A stretch of DNA of 64,000 nucleotides from Myxococcota bacterium (lineage in GTDB: Bacteria > Myxococcota_A > SURF-8), in the NCBI GenBank assembly GCA_963674735.2, contig CAXXQS010000002.1:416001-480000 (forward strand), given 5' to 3'. Shown piece after piece: positions 19,490 to 29,099 of the stretch. The translations under genes were made by a program, and so were the position numbers. The notes below the pieces were generated by a model, which had not been told where the DNA came from, did not search any database, and was given only the letters and a program-made list of their open reading frames with translations. Numbering within the stretch: position 1 is the stretch's first letter; every line of letters begins with the position of its first letter.

Positions 19490-21265
19490 TCAGGCTGCAC
19501 CACCCGAGGACGTTCCGCCGCCGCCGCCGCTTTGGCCACCGCCACCGCTTTGGCCACCGCCACCGCTTTGATTACCGCCTGTACTCGGATTCGATCCACC
19601 GCTACCGGACCGCCGTCGGCCAGAACGACGGCGACCTCGTCGGCGGCTGCTGGAGCGAGAGCCTTCCGGCTTTTTATCACCGGTTTCACTCTTACGAGAA
19701 TTCGCATCGGAAGAGGAGGCTGGCGCGCCGCCGGAGGGCGGGTTGCCCGATTTGTTGGGTGTATTAGGTGTATTAGGTGTATTGGGATCTTTAGGTTTGC
19801 GTCGTCCACGACGGCGAGGCCGTCGACGGCTCGAACTTGAGGGTGTCCCATCATCTTTGACTTTCGCGTCCTTGGGTCGTCCGTCACCACCCGGCGCCTG
19901 AGCTTTGGGCTCTTGAGCCTTGGCCGGTTTGTTTGGAGGACGTCCCCCGCGAGGAGGACGACGGGAAGACCGGTCGCCGTCTTTTTCGTCTTTTCCCGAT
20001 CCGCCACGCGGCTCCGGACGACGACTGCTTTTCCGTGGACCGCTGTCGCTGTTACTCATGGTCTTTTTGACGTAGCGGTTCAGGGATTCCTGTTTCTGCT
20101 GCTCTTCGCGCTTCGCTAAAACGAGGGCAAACGCTTCGGGATCATCGTGGAAAGCCTGGAAGTCGTCCAGGGCGATCGAAACATATTCGCGACCCTCCAA
20201 TTCCAGACGCATCTGGCGATTGAAAATATTGATCTCCAACACCCGCCCCCGGCCCATCCAGGTATCGGTTTTTTTACCGATCTTGGGAAGCCCTTTCTGC
20301 ATCTCCTTATACGTGCTGCTCTCATATCCCAAGCAACACATCAAACGGCCGCACAACCCCGACACTTTCTCGGGATTGAGCGTCAGGTTCTGTTCTTTGG
20401 CCATGCGAATGGAAACAGGGTTGAATTTATCGAAGAAGGTGTTGCAACAAGTGCTCAACCCGCAAGGTCCGAGACCTCCGATCAGCTTGGCCTCATCGCG
20501 AATACCGATTTGCCGCATCTCAACCCGGATATGAAGTTCCTGGGCCAGATGGCGCACCAGTTCACGGAAGTCGATGCGCCCGTCAGCCGAGAAATAGAAA
20601 ACGGCTTTGTTGGCCGAGTGCTGATACTCAACCTCGATCAGCTTCATGGGCAGATTGAGAACGGCGATACGGTCGCGGCAGATTTCGTAGGCCTTGCGGT
20701 TGCGGTCGCGGTTTTCGGTTTTAATCAGTTCATCGCGTTCATCGGCCAAACGCACCAGACGCGGCAGATTTTCGTTCGTCATCATTTCAACTTGATGGCG
20801 AGCCCTCACCACACGACCCAGCGCCAAGCCTCGTTCGGCCTGAACCACCACTTCCGTTCCCACGGCGGGATCGAAGGAGCCCACCAGGTAAAGTTGCATC
20901 GGCGACGCCGAGCGAAAGCGTACCGCCACGACATCGCGCATCCCGTCGTTCGTTTTCGCGGCTTGCGGATCGTCCTCCGACTCGGCAGGTTCTTCGGCGT
21001 CTACCACCGGAGTTTCACCCACGATCACGGCTCCCTCCGTTGGGGGATCCGTATCGTTAGCGCCTGTTTGTTCTTCGGCAGAAACAGAATCGTCGATAAC
21101 GACGGATGCTTCGTTTGCCACAGATTTTTCGATGTCATCGGATGGCTCTTGCGCCACCGGTTTATCGTCCGCAGCGGGCGAAACCGCCACGGCATCGGAC
21201 GGAACGGTTTCGTCGGCTTGTGCGGCCTCCGGCCGGGTCTCGTCGTCTTGGTTATTGCGATTCAC
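19490..21265 (-). CDS. ricT: PSP1/RicT (YaaT) family protein with long disordered termini
   Basis: FYFSADGRIDFRELV, RQIGIRDEAK, GGLGPCG...CC, SIRMAKEQ and SGLCGRLMCCL motifs; holB-yaaT-metG-tatD context. Confidence 0.88.
   Translation of the reverse strand: MNRNNQDDETRPEAAQADETVPSDAVAVSPAADDKPVAQEPSDDIEKSVANEASVVIDDSVSAEEQTGANDTDPPTEGAVIVGETPVVDAEEPAESEDDPQAAKTNDGMRDVVAVRFRSASPMQLYLVGSFDPAVGTEVVVQAERGLALGRVVRARHQVEMMTNENLPRLVRLADERDELIKTENRDRNRKAYEICRDRIAVLNLPMKLIEVEYQHSANKAVFYFSADGRIDFRELVRHLAQELHIRVEMRQIGIRDEAKLIGGLGPCGLSTCCNTFFDKFNPVSIRMAKEQNLTLNPEKVSGLCGRLMCCLGYESSTYKEMQKGLPKIGKKTDTWMGRGRVLEINIFNRQMRLELEGREYVSIALDDFQAFHDDPEAFALVLAKREEQQKQESLNRYVKKTMSNSDSGPRKSSRRPEPRGGSGKDEKDGDRSSRRPPRGGRPPNKPAKAQEPKAQAPGGDGRPKDAKVKDDGTPSSSSRRRPRRRGRRKPKDPNTPNTPNTPNKSGNPPSGGAPASSSDANSRKSETGDKKPEGSRSSSRRRGRRRSGRRRSGSGGSNPSTGGNQSGGGGQSGGGGQSGGGGGTSSGGAA
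19515..19575 (-). repeat. 18-bp tandem repeat encoding (QSGGGG)x3 in the RicT tail
   Basis: Repeated tttggccaccgccaccgc unit on the + strand. Confidence 0.7.
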
Positions 21266-21369
21266 AGTATTTATGCTCCTGGCGACTTTGGGTCGCTCGT
21301 CGAATTGAATTGGCTATTGTAGACAATCTCCGCCGAAAATGAAATGCTTTTCCCCGAAAACACCCTTCC

Positions 21370-22416
21370 TCAACGTCGAACCGATGGCTGAGGAACCGAC
21401 TCCAGCAGCAAACGCTGTAACGCCAGATCACCTCGCACAAACACATCCAGCTCATCGATGATGGTCCGCACACGCTCCAGACGTCGGATCAGCTTCGCAA
21501 CCGAGCTTAGATCCGCTTCCTGCTCCAGGGCATACAAATGGTCCTGGTTGATCAAGAGCGACGGATCCACACCGGTTTTGACGCCGATCAGATCGCGGTG
21601 CCAACCAAGCAGAAAATCGAGGAAAGCGCGGCACTCCTCACGGGAGCGACCCAGATCCACCACGGACCGAACATCCGTACCCTCTACGGCTCCCCGCCAT
21701 AATTCGATCCAAACCCGGCGTCGTTCCAGCGCATCCCGACCGTCGGCGGCCAGCTCTTCGGCCACTCCCAAACTGCCATCCGCCAGAATCGCCAGACTGC
21801 GGGCAGTGGATTCGTCCAAATCATATTCGCTGGTCAGGCGCTCCATAATATGCGCCGCCGCTACGGACCCGAAGCGGACCTCCTGGCAGCGCGAACGAAT
21901 CGTGGGCAGAAGATGCTGCGGACGGGCGCTTAGCAGGATGAATATCGTGCGCAGTTTCTGGCGCGGCTCTTCGAGGGTTTTCAAAAAGGCGTTCTGGGCA
22001 GATTCCTGCATCCTGTCGGCCCGATGCACCACCACCACCCGCTGGCGCGCCTCCAAAGGGGCATTGTAGAGTCGGGACTGCAATTCGCGCACGGCATCGA
22101 TCACGATGGCATCGCTACGCTGACGACGGCCGCCCGGATACACCCACATCCCCGGAGCCAGATGCATTAAATCGGCGTAAAGCGGTTTTTCGGGATCCAT
22201 GCTGCGGGCAATCAGATTGCAGGTGCGACACCGGCCGCAGGGGTCTTCCGTCGACGTTTCACAGTTTTGCGCCTGCGCGAACAAACGCGCCGCCAGCTGC
22301 TTACCCGATCCGGCCACCCCGGAAAACAGGTAGGCATGGGCCACCCGACCATTGGCGATAACCCGGCGCAGCACCTGCACGGCACGCGCTTGCATATGGC
22401 ATTCGGACCAGGGCAT
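21370..22416 (-). CDS. holB: DNA polymerase III subunit delta'
   Basis: VAHAYLFSG, C-x6-CGRCRTC zinc motif, NAFLKTLEEP and LPTIRSRCQ motifs. Confidence 0.92.
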   Translation of the reverse strand: MPWSECHMQARAVQVLRRVIANGRVAHAYLFSGVAGSGKQLAARLFAQAQNCETSTEDPCGRCRTCNLIARSMDPEKPLYADLMHLAPGMWVYPGGRRQRSDAIVIDAVRELQSRLYNAPLEARQRVVVVHRADRMQESAQNAFLKTLEEPRQKLRTIFILLSARPQHLLPTIRSRCQEVRFGSVAAAHIMERLTSEYDLDESTARSLAILADGSLGVAEELAADGRDALERRRVWIELWRGAVEGTDVRSVVDLGRSREECRAFLDFLLGWHRDLIGVKTGVDPSLLINQDHLYALEQEADLSSVAKLIRRLERVRTIIDELDVFVRGDLALQRLLLESVPQPSVRR

Positions 22417-23753
22417 CAGCTATCCACATCTTCCTCCACCGGCGCCAGATGCGGGAAGGCCAGCACGGCATCGAGGGCGTTTTCGTTGGCGGCCAACATC
22501 ACCAGCCGATCGAAGCCCAAGGCGATTCCCGCCGATGGCGGCATCCCGAAGCGTAGTGCCTGCATGAACTCGCGGTCCTGCTCATAATGAAAGCCACGCT
22601 GGGCTTGCGACTCGTCGGAAAAGGCTTTGAAGCGTTTGGCCTGCTCGGCCGCCTGATTCAGTTCGCCGAAGGCATTGGCCAGCTCCACTCCGGCCATATA
22701 AACCTCGAAACGTTCGCAATAACGTGGATTGCTGTCCTTGCGACGCGACAGAGCCGCCATTTCAATCGGGTAATCGTAAAGAATTACCGGCTTTTCCCAG
22801 CCTAATTTCAACTCGATTTCGGTGAGGAACAGTCGGAAAAAGACATCATCGAGCGACTCGTCGGGGCGAACGTAGGTAAAGCCGTTGGCGATGGCCGCCG
22901 TGGCTAGATCGGCTCCACTGTGAATCGTATTCAGATCGATTCGGAAACGGCTGAGGAATAACTCGCGCACCGAAACACGTTCCCAGGGAGGCTTGAGATC
23001 AATCGGATGTCCGCGATATTCCAGGTGGTTTTTTCCGGTCGCTTCACGAACGGCGTAAAACACCAGCGCTTCGATGTCTTCCATAATCTGCTCGTAGCCC
23101 GCATAGGCGCGGTACCATTCAAGCATGGTGAATTCAGGTTGGTGGTGACCGGAGTATTCCCCGTTGCGAAAGGATCGGCTGAATTCGTAGATGCGCTCGT
23201 AGCCCATCGTCAACAGCTTTTTCATGTGAAATTCTGGGGATGTGGGCATGTAATAACGCTTGCACCAATCCCGATCGGGGCCCACCCATTCGGTGCTGAA
23301 ACCGACCAGATTCGGCTCCATCCCCGGACAAGCCACCAGAAGCGGTGTATCCATTTCCAGGAAATCTTCGTGCGCGAAAAAATCGTGCATGGCGCGTTTG
23401 AGACGGCTGCGCAACGTCAGATTGCGGCGTTTCTGGTCGCCCTGATTGAAGAAACGGCGCATCCAGCGCTGCTGGGCGGCACCTTCCAACAGACAAGGCA
23501 CCAAAACCTTGGGAGCTTCGCCCACACGCCAGGCCTTGTTCTCGTAGCGCATGAAAAGCTCGACGATATCGCCCACGCGCACCCGTGCCAAGTCGGGGTT
23601 TTGATTGGGGAATCCGAAGGTGCGCCGGTCGCTCTGATCTTCGATGGTCAGAGTGGCCGGACTCACCTGCACGAGGCGTCCGGCGATGACGCAGACCGCA
23701 CCTTCATCCACGTCCTCATTCAACCCCGCAATGGCGATTCGTTCCGGTTTCAC
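22416..23753 (-). CDS. epmA: EF-P lysine aminoacylase EpmA with an N-terminal OB-fold-like extension
   Basis: PGMEPNL, YMPTSPEFHMKKLL, SFRNGE-x3-HHQPEFTMLEWYR, ERFEVY, ELANAFGEL and GMPPSAGIALGFDRL motifs. Confidence 0.88.
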   Translation of the reverse strand: MKPERIAIAGLNEDVDEGAVCVIAGRLVQVSPATLTIEDQSDRRTFGFPNQNPDLARVRVGDIVELFMRYENKAWRVGEAPKVLVPCLLEGAAQQRWMRRFFNQGDQKRRNLTLRSRLKRAMHDFFAHEDFLEMDTPLLVACPGMEPNLVGFSTEWVGPDRDWCKRYYMPTSPEFHMKKLLTMGYERIYEFSRSFRNGEYSGHHQPEFTMLEWYRAYAGYEQIMEDIEALVFYAVREATGKNHLEYRGHPIDLKPPWERVSVRELFLSRFRIDLNTIHSGADLATAAIANGFTYVRPDESLDDVFFRLFLTEIELKLGWEKPVILYDYPIEMAALSRRKDSNPRYCERFEVYMAGVELANAFGELNQAAEQAKRFKAFSDESQAQRGFHYEQDREFMQALRFGMPPSAGIALGFDRLVMLAANENALDAVLAFPHLAPVEEDVDS

Positions 23754-23762
23754 AAATGGACT

Positions 23763-25574
23763 CTACTTTTTCAATTCCTCGGTCATCGCGGCAAACGTCG
23801 CATCCAGCCGCGGGCCCACACGCTTGTGGATCTCCGTCAAAGCCAACAAAGCGGCCGCCGTGTCGTCGAGGCGAGTGGTATTGACCAGAATATCGCGTTT
23901 GAACGCACCGACGGCGTCCTTGTAGCTATGGAAATAGAAGGCACTTATCTCGGTAAACTGCTGTTCGAGCAGCCAGCGCGTCGCCAAAGCCATGGATTTC
24001 AACAGTGCCGGTTGCCGGGCGGCATCGAGCACGAACAACGCCAGCGCCATGCCACGCAGACGCAACGCCACCTCCACCGTCACCGGCGGATGGGGACTTT
24101 TAAAAGCACCGATGTAGTCGCGGTACGGGGCAGTCGCCGTCGTATATTGCGTCGCCATCAAAGCTTCGGCCTCCTTGCGCACGGCTTCGATATGCGGTCG
24201 TTGCTCGCTCAACAGCGCGATGGCGGACGCCGCCGCCAAAGACCAGGCCCGGCCGGGCTTCCAGTTTTTGCTATAGAAGCGAAGAGCAAAGGCCTTATCG
24301 TCGTCATCCTTGGTGAAAGCGGCCAGGTTGGCGAGCGTAAACACGGCATAGTTGGGCAGATCACGCAGCAACTCGCCGTTCTCGGGCAGGGATTTCACCT
24401 CTTTCAACATATCGCGCAAGGCCTCACCCAGCGCCTTGACGCGCGGCTGGCGGTCCTTGGGTGCGCCGCTTAATGTGAACAATTCCGCCGCAATCAAGGT
24501 TCCTTCCAAGTCTTCCCCGTCGTTGTCGGCCCATACCGGCGCGACGTTTTCTCCCGGCACCACGTACTCTTTCAGAGCGTCCAGAAGATGGCGCACATCA
24601 TTTCCCAAAGCCGGATTCTTCGCGCTTTCGGCCTGATAGCCCAAGGCCATCGCAGCCATCAACTGCAAACGCGGGTCACCAGTACGCATGGGCTTGTGAT
24701 CGGTCGTATAACCGCTCAACAAAAGTCCGTTTTCCTGTTTGCGCGCCGCGAACCACGCCACGGAACGCTCAATGGCGGCTTCGACGGATCCCGCTTCAAC
24801 CTGGTCCAACTCGACCTTGTAGCGATACAGATCCACCGCCCGACCGTTTGGAACATCTTCGATGAAATTGATGGTGTTGTACCGATAGAGGCTGGCCTCC
24901 GGACTCAACCAGGCGTTTTTCGGGAGACCGGCTTTTTTGGCGATACGTTCCAGCCAAGTGACCGTCGTACGCTGCTTCTTGACAAAGACATAAGGAAGGA
25001 AAAACGCACGCTTACCGCTTTTATGATCGAGAATGATCCCATGCACGCCCGGCTCCAATTCCGTCCCGATGGTGGCCGGATCTTTGGACTCGATCAGTTC
25101 CTTCGGCTGCAGATAACTCAACTCCACCCGGAAGCGGTCGAGTTCGTCGGGCTGCGGATCTTTGAAGCGGCGGTCGCGGCAGGTATTGATCACCGATTGA
25201 ACCGTGGCCGGAACAATACTTTTTCCCTTCGCCGAGACGCAACCCCGCCATTCGCCCTCTTTGTATAAGGTGGCAAATACCCGGTTGACCCGCATGGCTT
25301 GCAGATGCGCGGGGACGTCCTTCGGTTGATACGATTTCTGCTCGCGCGTCCAGGTTTCCAGCGCTTTGCGGGCCACGCCGATCAGATATTGGCGATCCGT
25401 CTCCGAAAGCACCAGCGTCACTTCTCCGGCCGAGGCCGATTTTTTGACTTTGGCGGTGGGATCGGCCGGTTGTTTTTGCGTCGTTGCTTCTTTATCGCAG
25501 CCGAAAGCTCCGAAAATCAGTGCCACCAGCAACAAACAAGAAGCGAAAATACCCAACGGTTTTACGTTAACCAT
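23763..25574 (-). CDS. Lipoprotein with AMMECR1 domain and C-terminal alpha-helical toroid
   Basis: Lipobox AFGC; VFATL-x4-EWRGCV, DRRF, GVHG and AFFLPYV AMMECR1 motifs; helical C-terminal half. Confidence 0.75.
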   Translation of the reverse strand: MVNVKPLGIFASCLLLVALIFGAFGCDKEATTQKQPADPTAKVKKSASAGEVTLVLSETDRQYLIGVARKALETWTREQKSYQPKDVPAHLQAMRVNRVFATLYKEGEWRGCVSAKGKSIVPATVQSVINTCRDRRFKDPQPDELDRFRVELSYLQPKELIESKDPATIGTELEPGVHGIILDHKSGKRAFFLPYVFVKKQRTTVTWLERIAKKAGLPKNAWLSPEASLYRYNTINFIEDVPNGRAVDLYRYKVELDQVEAGSVEAAIERSVAWFAARKQENGLLLSGYTTDHKPMRTGDPRLQLMAAMALGYQAESAKNPALGNDVRHLLDALKEYVVPGENVAPVWADNDGEDLEGTLIAAELFTLSGAPKDRQPRVKALGEALRDMLKEVKSLPENGELLRDLPNYAVFTLANLAAFTKDDDDKAFALRFYSKNWKPGRAWSLAAASAIALLSEQRPHIEAVRKEAEALMATQYTTATAPYRDYIGAFKSPHPPVTVEVALRLRGMALALFVLDAARQPALLKSMALATRWLLEQQFTEISAFYFHSYKDAVGAFKRDILVNTTRLDDTAAALLALTEIHKRVGPRLDATFAAMTEELKK

Positions 25575-25600
25575 ACTCGTCTCCTTCACCTCGCCGCCGT

Positions 25601-27811
25601 TTAGCGGATAGCCCGAATCGCCTTCCAATCGGCTTCGTCGAAGAACCGCAGCACACGGTAGTTGACCGTGAGACAGTGATAAGCGAAGTCGAGGCGGCAA
25701 TCATCGGTGTGGAAGTTGGACGGAATACAGCCGATAGCTTTGGACGGCTGCGGCAGATAGTACGTCGAACCCTGGCGATACTGGCTCTGACGCACGAAAC
25801 GCACCGTCAGGAAGGTGGCCTTGCGGTATTTCTCGATCTTGTCTTTATCGCCGCGCAACTTGGCCAACCGGAAAATCGAGGCTACACCTTCGCCATAGAC
25901 CCCGCTGTTCCAGATCGGCGTATTCGAGCGCGACTTGGCGCCGCGATAGCCACCCTGATAGTCCATCCAGTAGGTGTCGGCGAGCCCATACACAAACCAG
26001 TTATCCAGAATCCAGTCGGCCATATCGTAGGCATACTGGGCCACTTCGTCTTTCTTCACGATCTCGTAATATTCCATCATGGCCGACATGTCCCAGGGCA
26101 CAAACGCGCCCAGGTTGCCCTTGCGGCGGTCGGATTTATTGTCGCGGAACCACTTCGAATAATATTCGAAAGCTTTGCGCAACGTATCGAGGTAACGTTG
26201 ATCTTTGAAAATGTGATACATGCGCACCAAGGCCAGATTGGCTTCGCCGGGGTAGATGGTCACTTCGCGATCGTTCTTTTTCTGGCCGGGCTTGGTGTAA
26301 TAGCTGATGTAGTGGCCGTTTTCCTCCTGCAGGTGCATGATCAGTTCAGCCAAACCCTTCATGGGCTTTTCCCACTCGGGCACCTTCTTGAAACGAAAAT
26401 ATTCGGTCATGCATTGCAGCATGACTCCCGCCCCACCCAGTTTAAACTGGCGATCGAAGCGCGGATGATTGAAGTAGGCCAGCTTGCCGTCGTACTGGGT
26501 CAGGTCCAGCACCCATTCAATGGCCAACTTAGCGCCGTCGAGATAGCGTTCCTCGCCAAACAGCTCGTAAGCCTGAATCAGCGTAAGGGTGGCCAAACCA
26601 TGGCGAATTATGTTGTATTGGTTGGTTTTGTAGGAATCACGGGCGGCATAATAGACGTATTTGAACATCTTGCTCTGCGGGTCCAGAATGGACAGCAGCC
26701 AGTCGGCACCCTCACGAAAGCCTTTTTCCGTCTCGGCGCGATCCAGTTTGGCCGGATCGACGTATTCCACGCCACGCCGCAAACGAATCACGTCGCCACC
26801 CGGATTGCGCTCGGTGATATCCAGCGTACGAAACACCGAAATTTTCACGTCTTTTTTCTTCCAGGCATCTTTATCGAGGCGTTTGGCTTTGCAACCCGCT
26901 TCAAGCAGTTTTTTGAGGTTATCCATCCGATAGATCTTGCTCTTATCGGGAGTCAACATAACCGCTTTATCACTGATTTCCTTTGGGAAATCGAGCTGGA
27001 AACCATCGAGTCCCAAACTCGTGACCGCCGACAGTTTGTTCGGATCCACCAGCAGCGCACCCCCTTCCCGATGGAAATTGAGGGTAATAGTTGCATTCTG
27101 CAAAAAGACATCGAAAGGTTCGGCGGTCAGTCCCCCGCCCCCTCTTTTGGCATAACGCGTTTTCGCTTCGCCGATGGCGACATCCAACGCTTTTTTGGGA
27201 CTATTTCCACGGGCGCGCACCAGTCCAATGGTCTTATTGTAACCGTTTTTGTCGGTGAAACGCAGATCCAACAGCCCCGGAGCCGGGAAAGGTTGATTGA
27301 AGGCGGCAGGTAAAGTCGCCCCGGTTTGTCCGGCCAAGGTCTGACGCACGTAAGCCACCACCTGCTTGAGTCCCGCATCGTCCACTTGATAGGCAGGGTG
27401 CACGGCCGTCGCCAAAAGCATCGCCGGATCGCGGTAGATAACCGATAATTTCTCGTAAAATCCAGCCTTTACCAGATTCTCGAAAACACTTCCACGTGTC
27501 ATTTTAGCATCGACCGGCAACGCCAAAACGGCTACCTTACGCGCCGCCATGGCCGTCAATACCGCCGTTTCATCCTTTTTCATTAACGCCGACCATAGAT
27601 CGCTCGCGTCTTTTTCCGTTTTGACCGAGTCTTTCAAACTCGTCAGCAGGGACGCCTTGTCCAGCGGCGTGAATACCTTTCCACCATCCGCTTGATCCAA
27701 ACGGTTTTTGACGGTCAACTCGAAATCGGATTTCGGGGTCGGCGAACAGCCGAGCATGAGCAGAAGAATAAGAACGGCGATGCCGGTATGCGTCGCGGCG
27801 GGTCGTCCCAT
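25601..27811 (-). CDS. Lipoprotein with degenerate AMMECR1 domain and alpha/alpha-toroid domain
   Basis: Lipobox MLGC; GLDG...MLTP AMMECR1 remnant; FKYVY...YNIIRH, KLGGAG, YPGEANLAL and RLDFAYH toroid motifs. Confidence 0.7.
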   Translation of the reverse strand: MGRPAATHTGIAVLILLLMLGCSPTPKSDFELTVKNRLDQADGGKVFTPLDKASLLTSLKDSVKTEKDASDLWSALMKKDETAVLTAMAARKVAVLALPVDAKMTRGSVFENLVKAGFYEKLSVIYRDPAMLLATAVHPAYQVDDAGLKQVVAYVRQTLAGQTGATLPAAFNQPFPAPGLLDLRFTDKNGYNKTIGLVRARGNSPKKALDVAIGEAKTRYAKRGGGGLTAEPFDVFLQNATITLNFHREGGALLVDPNKLSAVTSLGLDGFQLDFPKEISDKAVMLTPDKSKIYRMDNLKKLLEAGCKAKRLDKDAWKKKDVKISVFRTLDITERNPGGDVIRLRRGVEYVDPAKLDRAETEKGFREGADWLLSILDPQSKMFKYVYYAARDSYKTNQYNIIRHGLATLTLIQAYELFGEERYLDGAKLAIEWVLDLTQYDGKLAYFNHPRFDRQFKLGGAGVMLQCMTEYFRFKKVPEWEKPMKGLAELIMHLQEENGHYISYYTKPGQKKNDREVTIYPGEANLALVRMYHIFKDQRYLDTLRKAFEYYSKWFRDNKSDRRKGNLGAFVPWDMSAMMEYYEIVKKDEVAQYAYDMADWILDNWFVYGLADTYWMDYQGGYRGAKSRSNTPIWNSGVYGEGVASIFRLAKLRGDKDKIEKYRKATFLTVRFVRQSQYRQGSTYYLPQPSKAIGCIPSNFHTDDCRLDFAYHCLTVNYRVLRFFDEADWKAIRAIR

Positions 27812-27999
27812 AACCACTCCTTTTTTCAAATGGTTCAACGGTCTTCGGCGGTATTGCCGGAAGTGGTATGTATAACAATGGGTAAGGAGCGTTGTCAAAT
27901 GCTTTCGGGAAATGGACCGCAACCAAACGATCAGACCCATCCATCGGTCCGGCAATTGGCGCAAGTCAAATCAGAAAAGTCGATTAGAGCGGGGAGAAA

Positions 28000-28488
28000 T
28001 TAATCGAGGATCAGTCGTGAAAAAGAGATCAAGGCATACACGCCACCCAATAAAACAGCCGTCAAGACGCTATAGACAACCAGTTTCCGAAATGTGCGGC
28101 GTTGTTGGTTAAGGCGTTCTTTCCGCGCCAGTTGCATGGCGACCTCTTCCGCTTCCCTGTCATCCGGTAACGGATAGCTTGTTTCGGCCAGAGCACGCGC
28201 CGCACGATCGCGAAATTCAAGAGGAAAAGCAATAAAATAGAAGGGTTTGGAATCGCGGAAGCTTTCGCGAAGCTGGGCGGCTTGATCACTGCCGCCCTGA
28301 GCCAGATCGTTATCGTAGCCCACCTCGCAGGGAACCTGAGCATCGCGCAGACGCATAACCAGATAGCGGACGATATCCTTCGGAAAATATCCATGGTTGG
28401 TTACACGGGCCGTTTGATACGCCTTGCCTTCCAACAGCATCGAAGTACTGCTGTCAATCTTCGTTTCTTTCTCTGCTTGGGCTTGCAT
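28000..28488 (-). CDS. Hypothetical protein with a C-terminal transmembrane anchor
   Basis: 162-aa ORF with a hydrophobic C-terminus; no family recognised. Confidence 0.6.
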   Translation of the reverse strand: MQAQAEKETKIDSSTSMLLEGKAYQTARVTNHGYFPKDIVRYLVMRLRDAQVPCEVGYDNDLAQGGSDQAAQLRESFRDSKPFYFIAFPLEFRDRAARALAETSYPLPDDREAEEVAMQLARKERLNQQRRTFRKLVVYSVLTAVLLGGVYALISFSRLILD

Positions 28489-28745
28489 TTACTCGATTAC
28501 CTTCTCGGATCTTTACCGATCGTGTTCTTTCCACGATTCAACCCTGAACCTATCTTTTATAATCGGATATCCTTCGCCGGAGTTTAGCGACAACCGACAG
28601 AAAATGCAACCATCAACCACAAACAGACCCGAGATGGAGTCGACTTGGAAGCGGATTAAAAACCTTTACAACGCCGGGGAGGGTGAATTATGATACCGGC
28701 GGCTTGCCCGGGGATGGATAGCCGAAAAACCATCAGGAGAATTCG

Positions 28746-29090
28746 GTGAGTAAAGATCCGTTAACAAACATGTACCGGGACGTATTCAATGCCTCCGAGA
28801 CGGTATGGCGGGATATCGAAATGACCGCCCGGCGCATCACCGAATGGTTGGTGTTGCGCGGCAAGATGTCGGCGGATGAGGCTCGCAGCATACTGGACGA
28901 TTTCGGCCGGAGCGGCCGTCAGATTCGCCAGGACTGGGAAACTCATATCGACGAAAATATCCGTCAGCGAATACGCAAACACCTCTTTCCTCACCGTGAG
29001 GAAATGACGGATTTGCGCCGACGCGTCACCCGCCTGATCGAGCGAGCCGACCGGCTCGAAGCGCTTTGGCGAGAGCGGAAAGGGCTATAG
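28746..29090 (+). CDS. Small coiled-coil protein, phasin/PhaF-like
   Basis: AGGAG RBS; LVLRGKMSADEAR and PHREEMTDLRRRV patterns of PHA granule-associated proteins. Confidence 0.6.
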   Translation: MSKDPLTNMYRDVFNASETVWRDIEMTARRITEWLVLRGKMSADEARSILDDFGRSGRQIRQDWETHIDENIRQRIRKHLFPHREEMTDLRRRVTRLIERADRLEALWRERKGL

Positions 29091-29099
29091 GCAACACCG

